Source: Gammaproteobacteria bacterium
GTDB taxonomy: Bacteria > Pseudomonadota > Gammaproteobacteria > JABABF01
Assembly (NCBI GenBank): GCA_965237805.1
Contig: OZ250153.1
Location: forward strand, 1,568,001 to 1,632,000
Reading direction: 5' to 3'
Length of the DNA: 64,000 bases
In this document: in pieces, positions 1 through 8,087 of the stretch
How positions within the stretch are numbered: position 1 is the stretch's first letter
Layout of the letters: every line of letters begins with the position of its first letter
Program-made: the position numbers and the translations under genes
The notes under the pieces: model-generated
What the model was told of the DNA's origin: nothing
What the model saw: the letters and a program-made list of their open reading frames with translations, nothing else
Databases searched by the model: none

Positions 1-1278
1 GAGCACCCTGTTGCAGCAGCGGGTGGTGCCGCCGTCATCGCGTCGATCAAAGGCTCTCCCGCCAGCTCGCATGACAACACTCCAGAGACCGCCAATGTCG
101 TGCCGATTCGGCGCTTGCATTGCCTTGAGGTCAAGGCCACCGATCTGTCTGCCAGCTTCCAGCGGCTCGCCACCCATTATGGCCTGCGCCTCGAGTGGTT
201 ACCGGAGGATGATCGCCGTATATTACAGGGCTACAAGCTGCGCTTTGATTGCTTTGAGGAGGGTTTGCGCCAGTTGTTATTACTCAATCCCCTGTTGGTG
301 GCCGATATTTACTACCCCAACCGTGTGTTGGTGGTGCGCGATGCCGACCGGCATACCACGGTCGATGCCACGCCATTGCGTTGCGAGACTTCCCCGATAC
401 GCTTGGCGCGCCCCTTGCCAGTCTGTGCGGGTGAGCGTCCACAGGCGGCCTTGCCGCGCCGGGCACGCCCGATAGTAGCGAAACCGGATGCCGCAAGCGT
501 TGCCCCTGCGATAGATAACCGTCGCTCCAGAGCGCAGAGTCGTCGGCAGGCGCGCGCCGAGCGTGCCAAAGCCCGCCAGGAGGCCAAAGTCCAAGAGGCC
601 AAAGCCCGCCAGGAGGCCAAAGCCCAAGAGGCCAAAGCCCGCCAGGAGGCCAAAGCCCGCAAGGAGGCCAGCACCCAAGAGGCCAGCCCCCAAGAGGCTG
701 GCATCCAAGAGGAACGCAGCAGACAGCGCGCTGAGCGTGACAGAGCTCGTGAGGAACGCAGCCAACGCCGCGCCGAGCGCGTTCGCGCCCGCGAGGAACA
801 GCGCAGCCAACGCCGTACCGAAAGTGCTGGACGCGCCGCCGCTGCCGAGGCCACACGACGCCTTGGCGAGACCGCCCGCCGCGCCGCTGCTGCCGAGGCC
901 ACACGTAGCGCCATTCCGGCTCCTGCGACGCGTTCCGACCGCGTTGAACGTTCCGAGCGCGTTGAACGCTCCGAGCGTGTCGACCGGGAACTCCGAGCCG
1001 CTCGGGCTGTTAGCAAGCGCAATCAGTGGACGGTGCGCGTCGCTGTCTACGACCGGCCAACCGGTGCGCAGCGTATGCTGGGGCGCCTGCGCGCCGACAA
1101 TTTCATGGCTTATGTGGCATCTGTCAAGAGCGGTGCACGGACTTTCAGTGGGCTCTATGTCGGTAAGGCCCTGAGCAAACACCGCGCCGAGCGCTTGGCG
1201 AAGGAGTTGGATCGGCGCTATGGCTTGGCCACACTGGTTGTCATGCGCACCAGCCCACCAGCCGAGGCGGCTCGATAG
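1..1278 (+). CDS. SPOR-domain protein with N-terminal TcpQ/PilL-like domain and charged repetitive linker (5' end probably outside the window)
   Basis: Frame 1 is open from base 1 to TAG at 1276-1278. The C-terminus WTVRVAVYDRPTGAQRMLGRLRADNFMAYV...GLYVG...AERLAKEL is SPOR-like. The N-terminal DLSASFQRLATHYGLRLEW...FEEGLRQLL resembles TcpQ-type domains. It lies upstream of a secretin. Confidence 0.6.
   Translation, partial: EHPVAAAGGAAVIASIKGSPASSHDNTPETANVVPIRRLHCLEVKATDLSASFQRLATHYGLRLEWLPEDDRRILQGYKLRFDCFEEGLRQLLLLNPLLVADIYYPNRVLVVRDADRHTTVDATPLRCETSPIRLARPLPVCAGERPQAALPRRARPIVAKPDAASVAPAIDNRRSRAQSRRQARAERAKARQEAKVQEAKARQEAKAQEAKARQEAKARKEASTQEASPQEAGIQEERSRQRAERDRAREERSQRRAERVRAREEQRSQRRTESAGRAAAAEATRRLGETARRAAAAEATRSAIPAPATRSDRVERSERVERSERVDRELRAARAVSKRNQWTVRVAVYDRPTGAQRMLGRLRADNFMAYVASVKSGARTFSGLYVGKALSKHRAERLAKELDRRYGLATLVVMRTSPPAEAAR
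565..660 (+). repeat. 33-bp in-frame tandem repeat (AKARQEAK[V/A]QE, about 3 copies)
   Basis: The unit gccaaagcccgccaggaggccaaagYccaagag starts at 565, 598 and 631 (last copy partial). Further short duplications occur at 832/880 (RAAAAEAT) and about 940-985 (RVERSE). Confidence 0.9.
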
Positions 1279-1280
1279 TC

Positions 1281-1787
1281 ATGGCTACGGGCAGGCCTGC
1301 ACTCGCCAGCGCTCAGCGGCCATTATTCATCGCTGTACTCTCAGCGTTGGTGTTGTCGCTTGCGGCCTGTGCCGGAGTGCCCAGTAGTGAGCGAGCTGCG
1401 ACTGGCCAATCCACTGTTGATGCCATGACGCCGTCTACGGGCACAACAAAACGCCGGATGCGGCGGGGCGACAAAGAGTTACTTGCCCGCAAGCATGCCG
1501 TTTCCCTGCGTCGAGCTGAGGTTTCCTGTGAGCGGGCAGGTTCCGAGGCGGAGCTCAACCAGTGGACCCTACGTATCGAGCTCTACAGCGATGCGCAGGC
1601 CGCACGCGAGCAGTATGAAGTCCTCAGTCGGGTGGGTTTCCCAGTGTACCTGCAGGAAGTTTCTGCAACGGATGGCCAAGTAGGGCTTTATACCGGGCGC
1701 GAGGTGACTTGTTGGCAGGCTCTGGAGGCCAAGCGCCTCTTGGACCCCAGCTATTCATTGGATACGACGATTGTCCGTGTTCGCTGA
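1281..1787 (+). CDS. SPOR-domain lipoprotein
   Basis: Hydrophobic signal with lipobox LAAC. The C-terminal WTLRIELYSDAQAAREQYEVLSRVGFPVYL...GLYTG is SPOR-like and paralogous to the upstream SPOR domain. It starts 2 bp after the upstream stop. Confidence 0.65.
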   Translation: MATGRPALASAQRPLFIAVLSALVLSLAACAGVPSSERAATGQSTVDAMTPSTGTTKRRMRRGDKELLARKHAVSLRRAEVSCERAGSEAELNQWTLRIELYSDAQAAREQYEVLSRVGFPVYLQEVSATDGQVGLYTGREVTCWQALEAKRLLDPSYSLDTTIVRVR

Positions 1788-1805
1788 TCTTCGGTACGAC
1801 ACAGA

Positions 1806-3527
1806 GTGAAAGCGATGGCGATATTAGCACAGACAAAGGCACAGGTGGCGGTTTTGGCGGGCCGTTGTGGCGCGATCCCAAGCCAAAGGATCCCAAGCCA
1901 AAGATTGTGCAACACACTATTATTGGCGGTATCCTTGGCTTTGTTGTCTGGCTGTGGCCTGATTGCCGACTTGAGTGGCAGCGCTCTCTCCAAGCAGGTA
2001 GATGGACACCGCGATCATATCAAAGGTCAGCTGGAAAAACTGGTTCAATCGCAGACGCCGAAACGTCCCTTGGTGCGCTTTCACGATTCCCCCTATACTG
2101 CTTTTGATTGGGTATCACGCGATGACATGGCGTGGTTGCAACAGCGGGTGCTGGTCAATGCGCGGCAGCTGCCGCTGAATTTGCTGATGGATCAAGTCAT
2201 GCGGCAGCTCGATGCCCCGCCCTTGGTGCGTTACGGCGATGTGGCCGAACAGGTGGACGCGGAGCGCCTGCGGCGGGAGCTCCGCTTTGGCGGAAAACTG
2301 TCGGCGGAGTTGGCCAACGTACGCTTGGAGTCGCTGGCGGCGAGCAAGACTTGGGTCGACACGTGGCGCCCGGTGACGCTGCGTTTCTCAGGCACGATGC
2401 TGGAGCTGCTGGAGCGCCTAGCATTGCTGAGCGACTATGCCTACACCACCAATGCTGATGATAACAGCCTGCATTGGCAGGCTTATTTGACCCGTTCTTT
2501 CCGCTTGGTTCACCCACAGGGCGACCAAGAATACGACATCGGCTTTTCTTCTGGTGGTGGTGGCGGTTCGGCGTCGGGTGGGGGTGTGACCACCGGTGGT
2601 AGCGGTGGGATCAGTGGCTCTTTCCGTTCGGATAACCAATATGTCGGCTTCGAAGAGAACGGCGGCGAATTCTGGGATGATCTGGAAACGGCGGTCGAGG
2701 CCATCCTCGACGGCGATGGTGACATAGATCGCTATATCAGTCGGTCAACTATCATCGTCACTGCTCCGGCCTCCAAAGTGCTGGCCGTGGGGCGTTTCGT
2801 GCGCGAGCTGAATGAAGATCTACAGCGCAAGATGCTGATCGAGTTCCGGGTCATCGAAGTCGCATTGAATGACTCGCATACTTTCGGCATCGATTGGTCC
2901 GTGATTCAATCCCAGCTGACCGGGCAGGATCTTGAAGTCATACTTCGTGGCAATTCGCTGACCATCGGTGGCGGTCAGCCGCCGGAGAATGTTGGCACAC
3001 ACGATCACTATGTCAACACGGTGCTGACCGCCCTGCGCACTCAAGGTGAGGTCAGTGTGGAGACGGCACCGCGGGCGTTGATCTATAACCATCAGGCGGT
3101 GGAAGTGCGTCGCACCGAGACCCAGTCCTACATTTCCCAAGTCTCTCGCTCTGTCGATAGCTTTGGCTCCAATGTCAGCGTGACTCCTGGTACCATCGAC
3201 TCTGGTGTCAGCTTCTATGCGCTGGCGAATATCCTCGACAGTCGGCGCGTCGTGCTACAGGTGTCCGGCTCCTTGCGCGATGCAATTATCGGCGAGGCAG
3301 TCGATATTGGCGGTGGATCGCAGGTCAACCTGCCTTCACTGACCGAGAATGTGTTCAATCAGCGCGCCATTTTGAACTCTGGGCAGTCCCTTTTGCTGAG
3401 CGGCCTGCGACGCCGCCGTGGTAATTATGCCAAGACCACGCGCTCCGATCTCGACTACAACAAGAACCAGAATTGGTCTCAGGTGGAGACCATCGTCATG
3501 ATCACGCCAGTTGTGGTGAGTGACTGA
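1806..3527 (+). CDS. Lipoprotein secretin, PilN/BfpB/MshL-like (type IVb or MSHA pilus outer-membrane pore)
   Basis: Lipobox LLSGC; Gly/Ser-rich Secretin_N2-type stretch; EFWDDLETAVEAIL; IEFRVIEVALND..FGIDWS; LRTQGEVSV; C-terminal ETIVMITPVVV. The true start may be slightly downstream. Confidence 0.85.
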   Translation: MKAMAILAQTKAQVAVLAGRCGAIPSQRIPSQRLCNTLLLAVSLALLSGCGLIADLSGSALSKQVDGHRDHIKGQLEKLVQSQTPKRPLVRFHDSPYTAFDWVSRDDMAWLQQRVLVNARQLPLNLLMDQVMRQLDAPPLVRYGDVAEQVDAERLRRELRFGGKLSAELANVRLESLAASKTWVDTWRPVTLRFSGTMLELLERLALLSDYAYTTNADDNSLHWQAYLTRSFRLVHPQGDQEYDIGFSSGGGGGSASGGGVTTGGSGGISGSFRSDNQYVGFEENGGEFWDDLETAVEAILDGDGDIDRYISRSTIIVTAPASKVLAVGRFVRELNEDLQRKMLIEFRVIEVALNDSHTFGIDWSVIQSQLTGQDLEVILRGNSLTIGGGQPPENVGTHDHYVNTVLTALRTQGEVSVETAPRALIYNHQAVEVRRTETQSYISQVSRSVDSFGSNVSVTPGTIDSGVSFYALANILDSRRVVLQVSGSLRDAIIGEAVDIGGGSQVNLPSLTENVFNQRAILNSGQSLLLSGLRRRRGNYAKTTRSDLDYNKNQNWSQVETIVMITPVVVSD

Positions 3528-3665
3528 GAGCTGGGGCGATCGATCGGGCTGTTGCATGCGCAGGCTTGGCCGCTGTTGTCTTGACATCGGCAGGACAACG
3601 GGGACGGATCACTGAGCTGGGTCTGAGCGTGGGATGCTGGGGTAGCGCAGGGGAGGTGTAGACTG

Positions 3666-5738
3666 ATGGCAGATGAGATCGATCCCCGCACAGCGGGGTC
3701 TGTGGGCGAGCCTGAGAATGTCATGGCGGGCTCTAAAGATGGTGCCGACGCTGCTGCTCGGGTTGAGGCAGCGCTGGGCTTGGACGAATCCGCCACCGAT
3801 ACGGACGGCGCAGCATCGGAACTGGAACCGAGCAAGGGTGGCCGCCGCCGATTCCGACGCTCTATCACCACGGGTCTGTTGCCGGACAAGATGCTGTCCG
3901 GTGATATCCTGACAGCGCCAGCCAGTCTTAGCGATTTTGCCAGTGCCCCGGTGCGGGAGACCATCCCCTACACCGCAGATCCGAAGACAGCAGTGCGCCA
4001 GCGGGCGCGCGAGATGGCCAAGCTCTACGGTGAGGAAGAGGATGGCCCCTATGTGAACTTTGTCGTCCGTCCGGGGCTTATTTCGGCGGTCTTCTATCCG
4101 CGTGAAGCGCATTTGCTGGGCGAGAGCGTGTGCGACATGATCGGCGATCGCGGTGGTAAGAACTATATCTGGTGTGAACGTGCGCTCTCCGATTGTCATA
4201 TTGTGGTGGTCATGGATGGCGAGGTGCGCGCTGATTTGGCGCAAGCACAGCAAAATTCTGGTCAAGAAGTGCGCCAGTGGCTCTTTACCATGCGCCGTCA
4301 CCTGAGCCAATCAACGACGCCGAGCGGTGCCGATAGCGCGGCAGATGCCCCCGCAGCACCGCTACAGACACCCAAATTATTTCTGCACAATATTACGCTG
4401 GCCGAGCTCGGCATCAGCGGCAGTACGGCCGCTCAGGTCGAGACCCTCGACCAAGACATCTTGGAATGGTGCTGGGATAATACCTCGCACCTCTATCCAC
4501 TGTTGCCGGTTCAGCGTGCCCTGCGCTTGGTATTTAGCCGCGAGAGCCGTGTGTTGCGCTCTGTGGTGTTCAATATCGCTGGCGTTATTTTGTTGCTCAG
4601 CGGTGCGCTGTATGCCTACACGACTATCTACCAATTCTTCCAGCAGAGGGAGATTGCGCAACAGCTGGCTGCCGCGCAACAGAGCCGCGAGCTGTTGGAT
4701 GACGAGTTGGTGCAAGCAACAGATGAGGGATCGGTAACGGCTGAGACCGTCGCTGATTCCGTGGTCGACCGGCAGGCTGAGTTGGTCAACCAACCGCTGG
4801 CAGACTTCACTGCCAACCAACGGGATGCCGGGGTGCTTTTGGAGTGGGTATTACAGAGCATTCTGGATCTCGGCAGCTATGTCAATTCGGATCCCAGCGG
4901 CGGCGGACACAGTTTTTACCGTTTGATGCAGAATGCGACTTGGTCCGATCTTGATCAACAGCTGGCCGTGCGCATCGTGGGTAGCGTCGGCCGCGTCACT
5001 CGCCTGTATCAAGTGGTGTCTGAAGAGCCGGATCTCCCTTTCAGAGTGCGCTCTTATTCCACCCGTCGAGGAGGCGGGAAATTGACCTTGCAGCACAGTC
5101 CGGTGCGCGCTGTGCCGCGCTTGAACGAACTGTGGTTGTCATCGCAAAGTGCGTTGGCCAATGTTGACGACGACTCTGCCAGCGCTGAGGTGGAGGATTA
5201 TGAGGCATTGCTCTTGCTGGACGATGCCGATAGCGGCCTTGTGACAGCGGATGATCGCTGGGAGCTGGGTGACGATCACTGGTCGGCAGCGACGGTCAAG
5301 CAGGGCGCACAAGCCCTGCCCGAGTTGCCGCAGCGTGAGCAATGGTTGTTGCGCGAGTGGGTGCTGTTGCTGGACTCGATGAACGGTAAAAACATCAGGT
5401 TGTACGAGGAGCAACGTTTGCATTACCGACTCTACGAAGTGTGGGCTGACCTGCCAGCGGTTAGCTTGGAGTCATGGCACTGGTTCGGGCAGTTGCTCAA
5501 AGGGCGCGATGTGCTGTTGCGTTATGTTGATATGGCGTTTGACCCCAATGACCCGCAACGTATGCAGGCGCAGGTACACCTCGGCATTACCTTGCCTTTG
5601 CGCAGTGGCGAAGTCCTGCAGCAGGTGGATCCCCGCATCCCCATCGCGCCCTTGCCCAAACAGGAGCTCGCCGATTGGGATCGCAACGTCGACGATGCAG
5701 ATCAGCGTACCCGCGGTCGTCGGCGTACGCTTCGTTAG
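3666..5738 (+). CDS. Bitopic membrane protein, putative PilO2/BfpC-like pilus accessory protein
   Basis: GGAGG RBS upstream. A cytoplasmic N-domain (HIVVVMDGEVRADL) is followed by one TM (VVFNIAGVILLLSGALYAYTTIY) and a large periplasmic part. It sits directly after a PilN-like secretin. Confidence 0.45.
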   Translation: MADEIDPRTAGSVGEPENVMAGSKDGADAAARVEAALGLDESATDTDGAASELEPSKGGRRRFRRSITTGLLPDKMLSGDILTAPASLSDFASAPVRETIPYTADPKTAVRQRAREMAKLYGEEEDGPYVNFVVRPGLISAVFYPREAHLLGESVCDMIGDRGGKNYIWCERALSDCHIVVVMDGEVRADLAQAQQNSGQEVRQWLFTMRRHLSQSTTPSGADSAADAPAAPLQTPKLFLHNITLAELGISGSTAAQVETLDQDILEWCWDNTSHLYPLLPVQRALRLVFSRESRVLRSVVFNIAGVILLLSGALYAYTTIYQFFQQREIAQQLAAAQQSRELLDDELVQATDEGSVTAETVADSVVDRQAELVNQPLADFTANQRDAGVLLEWVLQSILDLGSYVNSDPSGGGHSFYRLMQNATWSDLDQQLAVRIVGSVGRVTRLYQVVSEEPDLPFRVRSYSTRRGGGKLTLQHSPVRAVPRLNELWLSSQSALANVDDDSASAEVEDYEALLLLDDADSGLVTADDRWELGDDHWSAATVKQGAQALPELPQREQWLLREWVLLLDSMNGKNIRLYEEQRLHYRLYEVWADLPAVSLESWHWFGQLLKGRDVLLRYVDMAFDPNDPQRMQAQVHLGITLPLRSGEVLQQVDPRIPIAPLPKQELADWDRNVDDADQRTRGRRRTLR

Positions 5739-5787
5739 CCCAGCCTGAGCTTGCGCCAATCGCCGCAGCTGCTGGCGAGTCCCGCGC

Positions 5788-6612
5788 CTAGCCCGCGCCC
5801 GCCTGCACCATGAAGCCGCCATCGCTGACCACCACTGAGCCGGTGGTATAGCTGGCGGCGGCATCGCTGCCCAGAAACAGGGCTGCGCCGATGATTTCGC
5901 TACCGTGGGCCACGCGCCGCATGGCGGTGGATTTGGCGCTGAGCTCCATAAAACCCGGTGCCACTTGCTCGGCCTTGCGTAGCATATCGGTGTCGTAGGG
6001 TCCAGGGGCGAGCGCATTGATGCGTATCCGCCACGGTGCCCATTCTGCCGCCATGCTCTGGGTCAATGCAGCCAATCCAGCCTTGGCCGCACAGTAGATG
6101 GCGACCCCGGGGCCGGGCCGCAAACCGCCCACCGAAATGACATTGATGATGGCACCGCCCCCGGCATCGCGCATTTTCGGAGCTGAGCGTGCCGCCAGAT
6201 ACCACGGGCCGCGCAGATTGACGTTGATGATCTTCTCCCATAGCCCCAAGTCGGCATTTTCCAGCGGCGCGCCGAGGCCGACGCCAGCATTGTTGACCAG
6301 CACATCGATGCACCCACAATGGCTCCATGCCGCTTCGACCAGCCGATCGAGCTGGGCGGCATCGCCAGTGTCTGCGGTGATGGCCACAGCGCGACCGCCG
6401 CGCTCTTCGATCTCCCGCACCACGGTATCGCAGGCATCGGCCTTGCGGCTGGACACCACCACCTGTGCGCCGGCTGCCGCGAAGCCCAGTGCCATGCTGC
6501 GTCCGATGCCGCGGCTACCGCCGGTGATCAGCACACTGCGACCGCTGTAATCGAACAGCGCCGCCGGGGTTTGGATCGCTTCCCGCTCTGCCTGCGTGGC
6601 CTTCGCTCGCAT
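5788..6612 (-). CDS. Short-chain dehydrogenase/reductase (SDR)
   Basis: TGGSRGIG, NNAG and YCAAK motifs. ATG at 6612 lies just after the P450 stop. Confidence 0.92.
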   Translation of the reverse strand: MRAKATQAEREAIQTPAALFDYSGRSVLITGGSRGIGRSMALGFAAAGAQVVVSSRKADACDTVVREIEERGGRAVAITADTGDAAQLDRLVEAAWSHCGCIDVLVNNAGVGLGAPLENADLGLWEKIINVNLRGPWYLAARSAPKMRDAGGGAIINVISVGGLRPGPGVAIYCAAKAGLAALTQSMAAEWAPWRIRINALAPGPYDTDMLRKAEQVAPGFMELSAKSTAMRRVAHGSEIIGAALFLGSDAAASYTTGSVVVSDGGFMVQAGAG

Positions 6613-6617
6613 CGTCT

Positions 6618-7856
6618 TCAGGCGATGTCGAAAGCGATGGGCATGCGCTTGATGCCGTTGATGAAGTGCGAGCGCAACCACTCAACCGAGCCGTCAAAGC
6701 GCGGCTGGCGGATGCGTTCGACCACCGCCGCCATCGTCACCCGCAGCTCGAGCCGAGCCAAGTGGGTGCCGAGGCAGAAATGTTCCCCATAGCCAAAAGG
6801 CCGCGCTTCTCCCGCCACCGCTTCACGTTGCGGGCGGGTGATATCAAATATATCCGGTTGCTCGAAATGAGTCTCATCGGCGCTAGCCGATTGATAGAAC
6901 ATCACGATCTTGTCGTCCTTGGCGATCTGCTGGCCGCCCAGCTCGGTGTCTGCGGTGGCGGTGCGGCGGAAGGCGATCACCGGGGAGCAGTAGCGCAGCC
7001 CCTCTTCCACCGCATCGGGGATCAGACTGGGGTCATCGACCAGCATCTGGTACTGCGCTGGGTGTTCGATTAGCAGCCGCATCAGCTGGGAGGTCTGGTT
7101 GCGCGTGGTCTCGTTGCCAGCCACGATCAACAGCATCATAAAAGCGTGGAATTCATCGATGCTGAGTTGCTCACCTTCGACATTGCTATGCAGCAGGGTG
7201 TAGACCAAATTGTGTGCAGGGGCATCGTCTTGGTACCGTTCCGCCAGCTGGTCGGCGTAGCTGTACAAGGCGGTCGTGGCATTGATCTGCGCGTCGAGGC
7301 CGTGGCTGTACTCAGGGTCGTCGCCGCCGATCAACGTATTGCTCCACTCGAAGAATTGACGGCGATCTTCCTGTGGTACGCCGAGGATTTCGCAGATTGC
7401 CATCAGGGGCAGTTCGGCGGCGATGTCGGCGACGAATTCGCAACGCCCGCCCGCCAACGCTTTTTCGACCAAGCTGTGCGCACGTTGCTCGAAGCGGGGG
7501 CGGTAGCTGTCCACCATCGTCGGCGTGAAGGCGCTGCGCACGATGCGTCGGTATTTGATATGCCGAGGCGGATCCATGCACAGCAGGTTTTTGCGCTGCA
7601 TTTCGAGCTGATCTGGTGCGGTCTCATTTAGGTAGGGCAGCCGCACCTCCGAGGAGAACAGCTTGGCGTTCTTGGAGACGATGTCCACTTCGGCTTGTTT
7701 GGTGACCGCCCAGTAGCCACTGTCGGTGTAGGGGTCGTCCAGCCAGCAGACTGGCTGGTTCTGTCGCAGCTCGCGATATTGCTCGCGCGGCGGTCCGTTG
7801 AGGAAAAGATCGGCATCCAACAATTGAATGTGGGGACACTGACTCGCTTTGTTCAT
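6618..7856 (-). CDS. Cytochrome P450, CYP125/CYP142-like
   Basis: I-helix AGNETT, K-helix EEGLR, heme loop FGYGEHFCLG, MDPPRH. Confidence 0.93.
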   Translation of the reverse strand: MNKASQCPHIQLLDADLFLNGPPREQYRELRQNQPVCWLDDPYTDSGYWAVTKQAEVDIVSKNAKLFSSEVRLPYLNETAPDQLEMQRKNLLCMDPPRHIKYRRIVRSAFTPTMVDSYRPRFEQRAHSLVEKALAGGRCEFVADIAAELPLMAICEILGVPQEDRRQFFEWSNTLIGGDDPEYSHGLDAQINATTALYSYADQLAERYQDDAPAHNLVYTLLHSNVEGEQLSIDEFHAFMMLLIVAGNETTRNQTSQLMRLLIEHPAQYQMLVDDPSLIPDAVEEGLRYCSPVIAFRRTATADTELGGQQIAKDDKIVMFYQSASADETHFEQPDIFDITRPQREAVAGEARPFGYGEHFCLGTHLARLELRVTMAAVVERIRQPRFDGSVEWLRSHFINGIKRMPIAFDIA

Positions 7857-8087
7857 GATGTATGGACCTCTATACGCTGCTTCGGTACCGTGACAGTTTG
7901 ATCACCGTTGCGTTGCCCCTCTCACGCATCTTGCATTATAGGATTGATCGGGCATGGTGTGTGGTGCGAGCTGTATCCCGCGCCACAGTCGGTGGGTGGC
8001 ATCGTCTGGGCTGCCGAGCTGAGCCTATAATCTCAGGCGGATGATCTGACTCGCCACTGTCGTCGGCGCGCCCCGGTTTTCGAGCTG

